Shown here: one piece after another, positions 45,501 to 57,330 of the stretch
Numbering within the stretch: position 1 is the first letter of the stretch
Layout: each line of letters opens with the position of its first letter
Source of the DNA: Auanema rhodensis
Lineage: Eukaryota; Animalia; Nematoda
Direction of reading: 5' to 3'
Length of the DNA: 64,000 bases
Assembly (NCBI GenBank): GCA_964057225.1
Contig: OZ059894.1
Span: 14,694,001 to 14,758,000 of the forward strand
Notes under the pieces: generated by a model
Seen by the model: the letters and a program-made list of their open reading frames with translations, nothing else
Told to the model about the DNA's origin: nothing
Databases searched by the model: none
Position numbers and translations under genes: made by a program

Positions 45501-47187
45501 TGTCTAACTAGGTAGAAAATATAATTAATAAAAAAATTAAACAACTTATTATTAATATTTTTCTGAAGTAAATTACATATGAATATAATTATTGAATGTA
45601 CATACATATGTATATAATAATAATTTGTACATCAACTTAAGGAATCAATAAACAAAATATGAATTAGTCTTATTCAATAATATTAATATTAATATTAATA
45701 TTAATAATATCAAAATAATATACTAAGACTTCGTTTTACAAAAATATTTTTTCCAAAAAAAAAACTTACTAAGCTCACTTTAAGCTGTCTCCGTTTTATA
45801 TTTTATATTGGAATTTATAAATATTTTCTGAATACAACCATTCACATCTATTTCTTTATGGAAAATGATAAAGGATGCCATTATCTCTCTCGTTTGCATA
45901 CGTGAAAGATTTCACGTATAACGTGAAAATACTATTTAGTAATATATGGATTATATCAATATATTGCTTTTTATTATATTATAATCTAATACTAATAGTA
46001 ATCATTTATATCTTACATGGATTGTTTTAATCTAAAATTTCTACTACAGCAATTGATTCCCAAGTAGTTTCATTTCTGCAAGATATCCAACAACTGCAAT
46101 AGTTGGAAAAACAAAGTAAAATGTTTTTCTTGAAAAAAACAATTGTTTATTTTTGTGAAAGTTAGTTATCCTAATTAAAACAGAACAATAAATTCCCATA
46201 GAGTATGGAAAGTATGTTTGAAATTCATGACATCATGCATGTCTCATGGAAGTTTTGCGAGTCAGCATCTATTACAAAACATTGAAATTGAAAAACTGAA
46301 AGCTAGCACAATCTCTTTCTTTCTTTTTTTTTCTAAACGTTATATTCATTATTAGAAGAATAAGGAATGTACATAGATGTAATTGTTGTAATACATATTA
46401 TACATTTATATAAATACTTATATAATATAATTATATATTTTCTATTTTATAATTATATTAATATTTTTGTATTATATAATATTAAAATAATTCAAATCTA
46501 ATTGACTTACGTATATGTATGTATCATGACATCATATACGAGATTCCAATATAATCTCTAAATGAAAAACATGTTGATTATCATGATGACGAAAATATAA
46601 ATGATCTTTTCTGATGGTAGTAAAAAAGGGAAGAGGAGGATAAATTGTATAATAGTAGAAAGTAGGAAGAAGAATAAAAAAAAAGGAATAAAAAACTAAT
46701 CCAAATAGACTTAGAATCGGCTATAATCAGTTTTATAAATCAAATATATTTACTAGTTAGTGATCAGATGAATTGTAGATTTAAATAGAGTAGAAGACTA
46801 TGAACTAAATAAAAAAATAAAAATAAAAAACAACAGATTAATTGTTTTTGGGTTTTAAGTTGGAACATAGTAATCAGTGATCAACTATGATTTGAACGGT
46901 TCCAAATATAAAAAGAAATTTTGTAAGTGCTTTCAGTTTTGAAATTTTGCAGCAAATACTACTATCGTATTCACTAGTGGCATATTTTCTCATATAATAT
47001 TAATATTATAGTGAATTAACATAGATATATTCTGATACTTCAAGTGTTGATTGCTGACTTTTCAACTTGTGGCTTCATTATTGAAACCTTGGGAATAAAT
47101 TCTGAAGAAGAATATTTGCAATACGTTACTTGGATAATGACAACAAGTCTTCTTCTAACCCAATATGATTTAATAGAAATCGACTCA

Positions 47188-48638
47188 ATGAGCTTCTTCC
47201 GAATTCCTATTTTAAAGAAATTTTGTTGTCTTACAATAATTATATGTAAGTTATTTAAAACTTTAAAAGATGATATTGTCATTAAATAAGAATTTTTTAA
47301 TTTTTTAAATTGTTTAATATAACTATATTTCAGTTCTGCTTATATGTTTATCAAATAATTCTTTAAATCAAACTAGAAATCGAATGAAAAGGAGTGTGCA
47401 ACAATCAAATGTAGTTCCATTTCCTGAGCGAACTCATTACATTCATCTGAAAAATTTATATGAACCATATCATTTATTATTAAAACCAATATTTTATCGT
47501 AAAAGGTAACTTGAAAGTTTTTTTTATTTGTATTAGTACCTTACATGATTCAGAAAACCCAAAGTTGTGGCCACTGTACTAACAACTGCTGAACGATTCC
47601 GTAACCGTCAAGTCATTCGAGAAACATGGGCAAATCCAAATAACTCGAGAAATATTAAGGTATTACAATAGAAATAATAGAAATAATTATAATAAACAGC
47701 TGATCTTTTAAGAATGGAAAAGCAAAAATTTATTTTCTTCTATCATCTCCAAAAAACCGTAAAATGCTGAATGATCTTAAACAGGAACAACACCAATATA
47801 ATGATTTAATCATAACAAATCTTACAGAATCATATAAGAATCTTTATCAAAAGGTATATAATTATATAAATATTTTATAAAATTTATTAAAATTATTAAG
47901 GTTTATGCAGCTTTTTTATTTGTTCATACATATTATCCAGAAGCATCTTTTCATATGAAAATTGATGATGACGTATTATTAGATATTGATCGAATGTTTG
48001 AATTTTTGGATGATAATGAGAAATCTAGAAGTTCTATTCGTTGTAAAGTATGGGATAAATCTATTCCTAAAAGAAATAAACAACATAAATGGTATGATTT
48101 TGATTGAAAAAATTCTTTTAATTTGTGCCTTTAGGTATATATCCAAGGAACAGTGGAGTCCATACTATTATCCTCGATATTGTGATGGACCAGTGTATAT
48201 TGTAGGGCAAATAGCTCTTAAATCATTAATTCATAATGCAAAATCTATTAATTTTTTCCCTCTTGAGGTAAAAATTATATAAGAATTATAGTAATTATGT
48301 GAAAATATGATTAAGGATGTTCTATTTACGGGTATAATACCAGAAAGCTCACATGTAGAACGTGTATTATGGTCTTCACATATCTATCATTATAATACAG
48401 TTTGTTACTTTTTCAATATAATTTTTCAATAATTTATTTCTATTTTAAGGAATTATGGTGGAAAATATCTGAATGTGATAAACGAAAGATTCCTTTATTA
48501 TTTGCTGTACATTCTCTAAATTCAGCTAAGAAAATGAAATTTGGTTATGATGTTCTTAGAAATTTAACTTGTGTAACTCATAGTCAAATATTGTCTAAAC
48601 GTTCTGTATTTTATTCGAAAAAAAAAACCTCAAAATAG
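47188..48638 (+). CDS. Beta-1,3-galactosyltransferase family (GT31) type II membrane glycosyltransferase
   Basis: Signal anchor (KKFCCLTIII/LLLICL); motifs RNRQVIRETWA, EQHQYNDLIITNLTESYKNLYQK, MKIDDDV, KW/YISKEQW..YYPRYCDGPVYIV, PLE/DVLFTGI. Confidence 0.92.
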
Positions 48639-49160
48639 TTCAAAAATTCATTAAAAAATAATATTATTTATAGATTTCAAATATATGTATTATTCAGCTT
48701 AAATAATAATGATCTTTCAAATTGAACAAAAAAAAATCTCTGTTAAACTTAATTGTGCCATAATAAAGATTCAAAAGAAAAACAAGATTTTCATTATTTT
48801 CAGAATAAAAATATATAATCTCATGATGAACTGAGATCATAAAGTATCTATCTATGTTCATATAACAGGGTTTAAATAACAATTTTTTTTCTAAATGTAA
48901 TTTAAAACTTACGTTAAAAAAAAAAGTGTATGGGGTACAACAATATATTATTTTTGTTTTTCTTTATTATATTTTTTGATATTAGAACCTCATTATTATG
49001 ACATTTAAAACAAGTCTTATATACAGTATTCATGTAATTGTAACAATAATTCATATCTCATTTTTATGTTTTGTTATTAAAATACAATATTTTCCTTTTT
49101 TTGAACTGAACCCCACTTCTTCTTTCTCTCTCCCCTTCCTCTCCCCCCCCCTCACACTTC

Positions 49161-49164
<4 letters not shown>

Positions 49165-49199
<35 letters not shown>

Positions 49200-49202
49200 T
49201 CT
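49165..49202. repeat. (CT)n microsatellite
   Basis: CT run between the convergent GT31 and phosphatase genes. Confidence 0.85.
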
Positions 49203-49291
49203 ATCGGATATATAAATATAATAAATTAATTAACATTTATTTGAAACACTATTTTATACAAATAATAACGAAGCATTTTTTGTGAATTCTT

Positions 49292-51476
49292 TCAATCAAA
49301 ATCAAAAAAATCCAAATCAGCTTCATTTCTTGGACAATGTGAAGGGTGATGACAATACTCGTTTGGAATATATGTTCCAAAAGCATGTAATCTCTTTAAA
49401 TCATGTTTCTTGTATGGTTTATGCTTTGTTCTTATAATCCAAAAATCATCATCAAAATTGTTCTGAATTTAAATGTTTTCAAAACTCAAAAATAAAAGTT
49501 AAAATGAAACCTTTGCAGCTGATAGCTGTTTGAAATTAATATGAGTTGTATTATATATTCTTAACAAGCCAAAGCCATAATCTGTTGATCGTTTGGCTGA
49601 CCATGGTGGTGGATGTTCAACAAAAATATCTGTATTCTCCTTACAACCCTAAATACAGTGCATTCAATTGAATTTAAAAAGGCTGAATCATACAGCTGAT
49701 CCGGTAACGATATGAATGGGAGCTGGTGGATCCGTATAAGCCGATGACGTACCATTATAAACCTAAGATTACAACTGTTTGATTAGTTTATCTTGTTGTC
49801 TAGAAACAATACAGTTCGATTATAAACAGGCCACATTCTCTCGTAAGTATGCTCATGAGCCCAAATTTCAATATCAACACCATTGTCGTAGAACAATTTT
49901 TCCAGACCATAAGCATGAGTTTTTGGTAAACCTGTTCGAATCTAAACAGATATTGTTTTAGTTAAATTATAAAATTTGAATTTAAAATACGATAGATTCA
50001 TATTTAGTACAATCATCTCCATCAAAATCTGAACAATACATTGGCCTATGACCCATAGTGATAATCCATGGAATTGATTTACGATTTCTATTGGCTTTCT
50101 AAAAATTAATTTGAAAATTGATAAAGATTATTAATTCTTGATTACTTGTAAATCGTTTACGAGAAAATGCCATTGTTGTTTGATTTGATCATATCCATAC
50201 TCGGTATAAAAATAAAATTCTGTAGAAAATACAATGAAATGAGCTGGGCCTATATCAAAGCTGAAACAATTTTCTATCTATTAATTTATAATTCTCTTCA
50301 AAATTCACCTGTAGAAGAGATTATGCTCAGAATTTGGCATAGTAAATCGATTAACATAATGTGTAAAATTACCCTCATTCTGAAAAGAAACGTATTGAAG
50401 AGAATTTTCTTTTTAAAGCAATTTTTTCTTTGTTTACTTCATGATTTCCAACAGCTGTCATATATGGGACGTAAGCAGCGACAGGTTCAATCTGCCTGTT
50501 AAATTCATCACCCACTCGACCGTTATCAGAGTCCATGTTATAAGCAAAATCGCCTAAGAATTTCATGTTAAAACAGAATGTCACACATTTTCAACAATTT
50601 TCTCCAAAAAGGAAAAGAACAACAACAGCGATGCATTTTCACAACTGTTTTTATGATAATGTCTAATTGAACATTTATCTGTCTGTCATCTTTTTTTCAA
50701 GCCTCGTATATGAAAAAATCAGAAAATTGGATAAGGAAGTATGATGAAGACATTTTTAAACCAATTAATGAATCAAAGAAAACTTACCAACGTGTAGAAC
50801 AGCATCGATATCACCATCTTGGGCCATTTTTTGTAATTTTCCGAGTGATCTAGCATTTTCATTTCCTAAATCTCCGAAAACTGCATATGAAAATCCACCT
50901 CCTTCTCTAAGAGTTTCATCGAATGTTGTAAAATAGTATATTGGACTCCAACCATATGTACTTCCAACTCGATATTCTATAACATATAGCAATCACATTT
51001 CTATCAACTTTGTAATCAAATCATACTGTATGTTTCACCAGGTATCAGGTTTTCTAAGCGAACTCTGTGTATGAAACGATATTGTGATTTTGGTTGTTCA
51101 TCCACAAAAACAGAGCAATTACCTTCCACATTCTGAATTGAACAGTTAAGCAGAAATAGAAAGTTAATATACTTTATCAATTCTCCTGATTCCATATTCA
51201 ACTAAAGAATGTAATGTATCATCGAATGTTAGCCATGTGATATACATTGTGCTTGGGTGTCCTAAAATTAGTTTTAATCAGGTTATATGAGTTTTTAATT
51301 ATAAATATATATATATTCTAACCTCCATAAGATAATTTAATCTGTTCAGGCTGAGCAAAATTAGGTCCTTGATTTAGATTATTTTCATTTAACCAATGAG
51401 GTTTTCGATTTTTAGGTAAAACTTGATGACATGATGAATAGGGTATAAATAATAATAGAAACCATAATAAAATCAT
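49292..51476 (-). CDS. Purple acid phosphatase (ACP7-like), secreted
   Basis: Signal peptide MILLWFLLFIPYSSC; QPEQIKLSYG; FIHRVRLENLIPGETY; metal-ligand motifs AVFGDLG, VLHVG/DFAYNM, PYMTAVGNHE, ITMGHRPMYC and WAHEHTYER; ends DFFDFD*. Confidence 0.95.
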
Positions 51477-52962
51477 CTAAAAATGATATTCAATAATTAA
51501 AAAAAATAGTTTTTTTTGAAGAATATGTTCATTGGAACAGAGCACATGTTAACTAATAACATCTGATAGAACGGTCAAAAGGCCAAGAACACAAGGTATG
51601 ATAAGGTCGCTGCATAGACTGAGATATGATTGAGAAGGTGTCGGGTTTTCATTTCAAAGTAGTTTTGAATTCGAATTTCATATATAGAAGCTTTTCTAAA
51701 CATTTAGGAATTGTCAGAGAAGAGAAAGTAAGACGAGCTTATAAATTAATATGAGAAAGTGAAAATGAGAAGGAGAGAGGACAAGTTTATTTTGCGAATA
51801 AATATTTTTTAGAGTATCAAATTAGTAAAAGATCACATAGTAACGAGAATACATAGAGTTATCGAATTTGTTAATCTGCGAAGAGCAAAAGGCATTGGAG
51901 TAGAGAATCTAAAAAGAAATTCTGTTTACTTTCAAGTTCAGCCAAGATTACAATTCAGTTAATTTGATGAAATAATAAATTATCAAATTTATAATATTAA
52001 AAGATAAATATACAATAAGAAATATAGAAATAGAAATATAAAATAAAAAAACAAAATAGTTTTATTAATAAAACTAATAAATTTTATAATTATAATAAAT
52101 TAATTAATTATGGTTATGATTTTATTGCACATCATTGGCTATATGATAAATGCTTATCACTTAAATTAGAGAGAATATTATTTTCATAAAAGGTCATCTT
52201 GCTCACATAGGCGAAAATATTGCTTACGTAGCGTAAAACATAAATTTATAATTAATATCTTATAAATTCAGCTTCAATGTTGAAGTAAAATTATTTCTTA
52301 TTCAAAATTTGGTTTAATTATATTATATTAAAGAAGTTTAATTTTTATTAGAGAGTATGTTACACTACACTAGATCAATGAAATATATTTGTAGTGATCG
52401 TCATGTAATATGAAAGGTAAGACCCTGCTTTCGCAGTCAATTCCACCTTATATTAAAGTTTATATCCTATGGAAAAGATATACATATGATGTAGTTTGCA
52501 AGTTTTATTTGAAAAGAATGAATAAAGAAAAATTATTTGAAATTTGGTTTAAAAAATTTAAAAAATGAATATGTAGTATGGTTTATGTAGGATGAACATT
52601 CATATTTGACATACAAGAGTTCTCTTATTTCATTTCATTTACTTGTTTATCAGCTAGATGTGCGGTTTATTAATTTCTTGTGTCTCTCTTCTCATTCTCA
52701 AAGTAGACAAAACTTCATTCTGAAGAGTTTATTGTTCTTTTTTCGAGAACAGGGAAGGTTACTAAATGAAGTTTTTGAACAACTGTCTTTCCTTGTTAAT
52801 ATTTTTTATATATTACTTAACTTACGTTTCTTTCGTTATCCAATAAATGAATCTTTTTTTTTAGTAAATAATTGATATTATTTTTTAATTCCCATGAGTA
52901 TTATAACTTTTTCGTTTTTCAGGTACTCTTGTACTCTTCAAACTTTTCTCGTTAAACTAAAA

Positions 52963-53074
52963 ATGAGAGAAAAGGTTTGTTCCATTTCGAGTTTAATTTT
53001 AATTAAAATTTATTCAGTGGCGTAAAAAGCGTATGCGCAGACTGAAGCGTAAAAGAAGAGCTCAAAAGAAGTAG
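52963..53074 (+). CDS. rpl-41: Ribosomal protein L41 (eL41/eS32), copy 1
   Basis: Exons 52963-52974 and 53018-53074 give MREKWRKKRMRRLKRKRRAQKK* (cf. eL41 MRAKWRKKRMRRLKRKRR). A TTTTTCAG trans-splice-like acceptor ends at 52922. Confidence 0.96.
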
Positions 53075-53779
53075 ATGAATGGTTGATTACTTGCTGATTA
53101 CTTGCTGATTGTTTCCAATCAAGTGCCGATCCATCGTCATATCTTTACATCGATCTTCCAGCTTTTGCCAGCTTCAACACTTCCTTATACTCCTTGTTTT
53201 GTTTTGTTAAGAATTTATAATATATAAAGACTTATTCTATTACCGTATTATATTTTTAATTATTACAAGAAAGAAGAGAAAGACATATAATCACTAGAAT
53301 CATTAGCTTTATGCTCCTAGTGTTTGCTAATTTTTAGATTAGTTTCGGGTGAAAAGTAGAAAATTACATGCTCTTTGATTCTCAATTTGAACGAAATATT
53401 GATAAGTGGTAATTTACCTTCGAATCCCACTGAGGATCGTTCTAATTCAGTAATTATCGACAGAAAAGGAAAGCCATTTTCAACATAGCAATATGAGTTT
53501 TCAGATTTCTCAAAGTAAAAACGCTTAAAGCTATCAGGAGCATAAAGCTAATGATTCTAGTGATTATATGTCTTTCTCTTCTTTCTTGTAATAATTAAAA
53601 ATATAATACGGTAATAGAATAAGTCTTTATATATTATAAATTCTTAACAAAACAAAACAAGGAGTATAAGGAAGTGTTGAAGCTGGCAAAAGCTGGAAGA
53701 TCGATGTAAAGATATGACGATGGATCGGCACTTGATTGGAAACAATCAGCAAGTAATCAGCAAGTAATCAACCATTCAT

Positions 53780-53891
53780 CTACTTCTTTTGAGCTCTTCT
53801 TTTACGCTTCAGTCTGCGCATACGCTTTTTACGCCACTGAATAAATTTTAATTAAAATTAAACTCGAAATGGAACAAACCTTTTCTCTCAT
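53780..53891 (-). CDS. rpl-41: Ribosomal protein L41 (eL41/eS32), copy 2
   Basis: Reverse-complement copy: exons 53891-53880 and 53836-53780, same 22-aa product. Confidence 0.95.
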
Positions 53892-54916
53892 TTTTAGTTT
53901 AACGAGAAAAGTTTGAAGAGTACAAGAGTACCTGAAAAACGAAAAAGTTATAATACTCATGGGAATTAAAAAATAATATCAATTATTTACTAAAAAAAAA
54001 GATTCATTTATTGGATAACGAAAGAAACGTAAGTTAAGTAATATATAAAAAATATTAACAAGGAAAGACAGTTGTTCAAAAACTTCATTTAGTAACCTTC
54101 CCTGTTCTCGAAAAAAGAACAATAAACTCTTCAGAATGAAGTTTTGTCTACTTTGAGAATGAGAAGAGAGACACAAGAAATTAATAAACCGCACATCTAG
54201 CTGATAAACAAGTAAATGAAATGAAATAAGAGAACTCTTGTATGTCAAATATGAATGTTCATCCTACATAAACCATACTACATATTCATTTTTTAAATTT
54301 TTTAAACCAAATTTCAAATAATTTGTAAACGCAATACGTTTTTATTGTCATTTAATGAGTTTAAAATAATTTTTAAGATCTTAGATATACGTGTGCTCTA
54401 AGAAAGTATGCTCAATTATCTAAAACTAAATATATAAAATCATAACTTATAAACAAATATAAAATATGTTTAATTGATAGAATAGTAATAAAAGCATATT
54501 GATTTTCAATTTTCTTCTTATGTTCTTATCACTGAATTGATTAATAAACTTCGAGTATGCAGTTCATACATTCTGTAAACGTATGTTGTTTTTCAAGTGC
54601 TGAAGGTATCATACATGATGTTAACGGCTATTTTGCTTATGTTTGATCAGCAAAGACAAGCTATAAATCTTATACTTTTGAATTTAACGTGAAGATTAAC
54701 ACACGTTAATCAGCATTTTTCCGCCCCAAAACCTCAACAGAAAAACATTTTTTGTATCAAAATCTGAAATTATCAAAATTCATGATTCATATGCGTGTGT
54801 GCATGCAAAACTCACATAAATCTTCGAATGTTTTCATTTTATAATATCATTTAATATTCATACAGTGTTCATGCATATACAGATAAAATATTTCAAATTA
54901 TGTTTAAATAATCAAA

Positions 54917-56541
54917 TTAACCGGATCGATGATAAAGAAGGCTTGTTGGCAACTCCTTAAGTTGGTGATACATTTCAGCAAATGGAGAAACAGCAATTTC
55001 GTCTTCAGTAAGTGGGCGAGAATCCTTAGAATCCGTAGTATATGGTACAGGTGTAGCGTACAAAAGGATATGCTGAAACCTTAGAAATTAACCTTGATAT
55101 TTCGAATTGCTATACCTTTCCATCTGGAGCCATTGTTTTGCACATCATGTCACCGGTGTACCATCCTCTGTTAGCAATTTCTGCTCGAGATACTACAGCT
55201 TCAAAAGACATATTGAAATGATTTTGAGCCGCAAACTGAAAAAAGAATATAACTTCATATTGTTTTCTTTATAGAATCCTTACCACTACTTCATTGGCGA
55301 GTTTTTGTTGATTACAAGCTTCAAATTGACGCCTTTTCTGTGGATGGTTTACAACATCATTCATGAGATTAAGAAGATTACGATTGCAACAGCGAAAACC
55401 TTATAATATTTAAACTGATATTTTTGTTTTAATTTATCCAATATATATACCGTGTTCATTTGTGAAACATGGATCAGGTGGAGGAGTTGGCCGTACATAT
55501 TGTGGTGGTTGAACATATTGTGGTGGAGGCCTGACGTATTGAGGTGGAGGTCTCACATATTGAGGAGGTGGCTGTACATAGGAGATCGGTGCTTTCACAT
55601 ATCCTTGAGGCTGAACATATGAGATAGGTGCTCTAACATATCCTCCTTGTGGCGGAGCATAAACTGTCTGAATAATGGAATATAGCTAGCGTCGGATGAT
55701 AAATGGTTGATACTTGCTGGGCTTGAGGTAGGGGTTGAGGTTGATAATACTGTGTTGATTGTAGTGCATATTGTGACTGAAATATTTAATTTTCAATAGC
55801 TGATTTGGAAATGTTTTTTTCATACCTGTGGGTATGATTGTTGTAAATACTGTGATTGTAACTGAAATGATTAAATTGAAAGCATCTAAGGAGGCTTAGA
55901 ACGATAAAGGTATATGTACTTTTTTATTTTAAAACCCGATTGTTGAATATCTGGTTTGTCATAATTCAAAAAAAAAAATTCATGACTATATCTTAATTTT
56001 CCAAGATTGATATCATCATTTAGAATGTCACTCATTCATCAAGAGAGAATTCTAAGAAAAGATCAAATAGAATAAAAGAACTACAGAATGAGAACACATG
56101 TCAGATCATCAAGTTCAGTGTTGAATCTTGTTTTATACGACTTTTGGTCAATGATATAAAAAAAGGTTTAGCTATTATCTTAACAAAACTATAAACATTG
56201 CAATTATATTATTGTAAAAAGACTAGTTCAATCTCTCGAATAGATTTTGAATTCAAAATACCTGTTGATATGCTGGACGTGAATACTGTTGATAATAACT
56301 GTTTCCAAACTGTAAAAAAAGTATTAAATGTAAAAATTATTATAAACAGTTTGTTTCATATACAACCGATTACGACTGATTTTCGACTGAAAATGAAAAC
56401 AAAATTATTTGTATTCTAATTAATAGCTGAGCTGAGGCATTTTGTTTTCAAAACTTTTGGAATTAAATGAGTCAAATAACTTACATTAAACATGAAATTA
56501 TGAACCGTGGGCACTAGCAAAAGTATCAATGCTGTTTTCAT
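54917..56541 (-). CDS. Ground-like (grl) domain hedgehog-related secreted protein with a Q/Y/P-rich repeat region
   Basis: TTTCAG-A-ATG; signal peptide MKTALILLLVPTVHN; YVRPPPQ repeats; then DPCFTNEH/GFRCCNRNLLNLMND..ACNQQKLANEVV/FAAQNHFNMSFEAVVS..WYTGDMMCK../HILLYAT, which fits the ground-like Cys pattern. Confidence 0.88.
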
Positions 56542-57330
56542 TCTGAAATATATTATAATACAGTTATATATACATAAATATAAAAAAAATATATAAATAA
56601 CTTTAATCATATTTCAAAATAATTTTTTAAATAATTTCCAAAATTCACAGATAAGGAAACAGAAAAGCTAGAGAGAGATAGAAATATCAATTACATAAAA
56701 GAATATGTAGAAACACAGCTAGATGAATCTTCATGAAGATGTTCTGCGCTATAAATGACGACGACAACACCGATTGACAACATGCTTTGTCTTTACGGCT
56801 ATGCTACTCAATGTAAATTAGGAAGATTTGATCAAATTAGCTGCAGGTGATACGTGCTGTCAGATAGAAAAACGATACGAACAGGTAGATATTCATCCAA
56901 TTTCATGCTTTTATACTTCAGCCTAGCTAAAAAGAACTGAGAAAGAAAATTTTAAATAAAGAAAAAGAAAATTTGCTACATCGTATCATTGAAATCTCTC
57001 TTTTTAATGTCTATACTTTCTAGTTCCGCTTATTAAATCAATCTTTATCTCTAGTTCTCTATCAATATCCATAATTGTTCGTTTTCTCTCAAATTTGTTC
57101 TAATTCGTTTTGTACGAAACTCCTCTCATCGTCTTTCAGTCATTGAATGGCATACGATACCCTATTGAGGGATTCCTTTCCATTTCAAATACAACCTGTA
57201 AGCTTTAATTCACAAATGATCCTGATTCCATCCAGATAAGGGCAAGATTCTCAATGGTTAACGTAAAATTTTTTTTTAAACAAATTTTTAGTTGAAACTA
57301 ATAGACTGAATGAACATGATGTAAACAAGT

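Larger units (their letters stand above)
52530..54324. repeat. Long inverted repeat: arms 52530-53318 and 53536-54324 (789 bp each), 217-bp unique spacer
   Basis: Equivalent positions sum to 106854 at both arm ends, at the ATGs and at the stops. The ORF track gives the same 89-aa translation on opposite strands. No mismatch was seen by eye. Confidence 0.97.

Noticed and set aside
52606-52875. 89-aa ORF and its mirror at 53979-54248
   Set aside because: TTG start, AT-rich composition, lies in the rpl-41 upstream region; duplicated only because it is inside the inverted repeat.
52530-54324. Inverted repeat as a foldback or MITE transposon
   Set aside because: The arms consist of a host gene with its flanks; no transposase and no evident target-site duplication.
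56367-56386. Possible micro-exon in the ground-like gene
   Set aside because: No available donor preserves the frame; exon 1 joins the exon at 56309 in frame without it.
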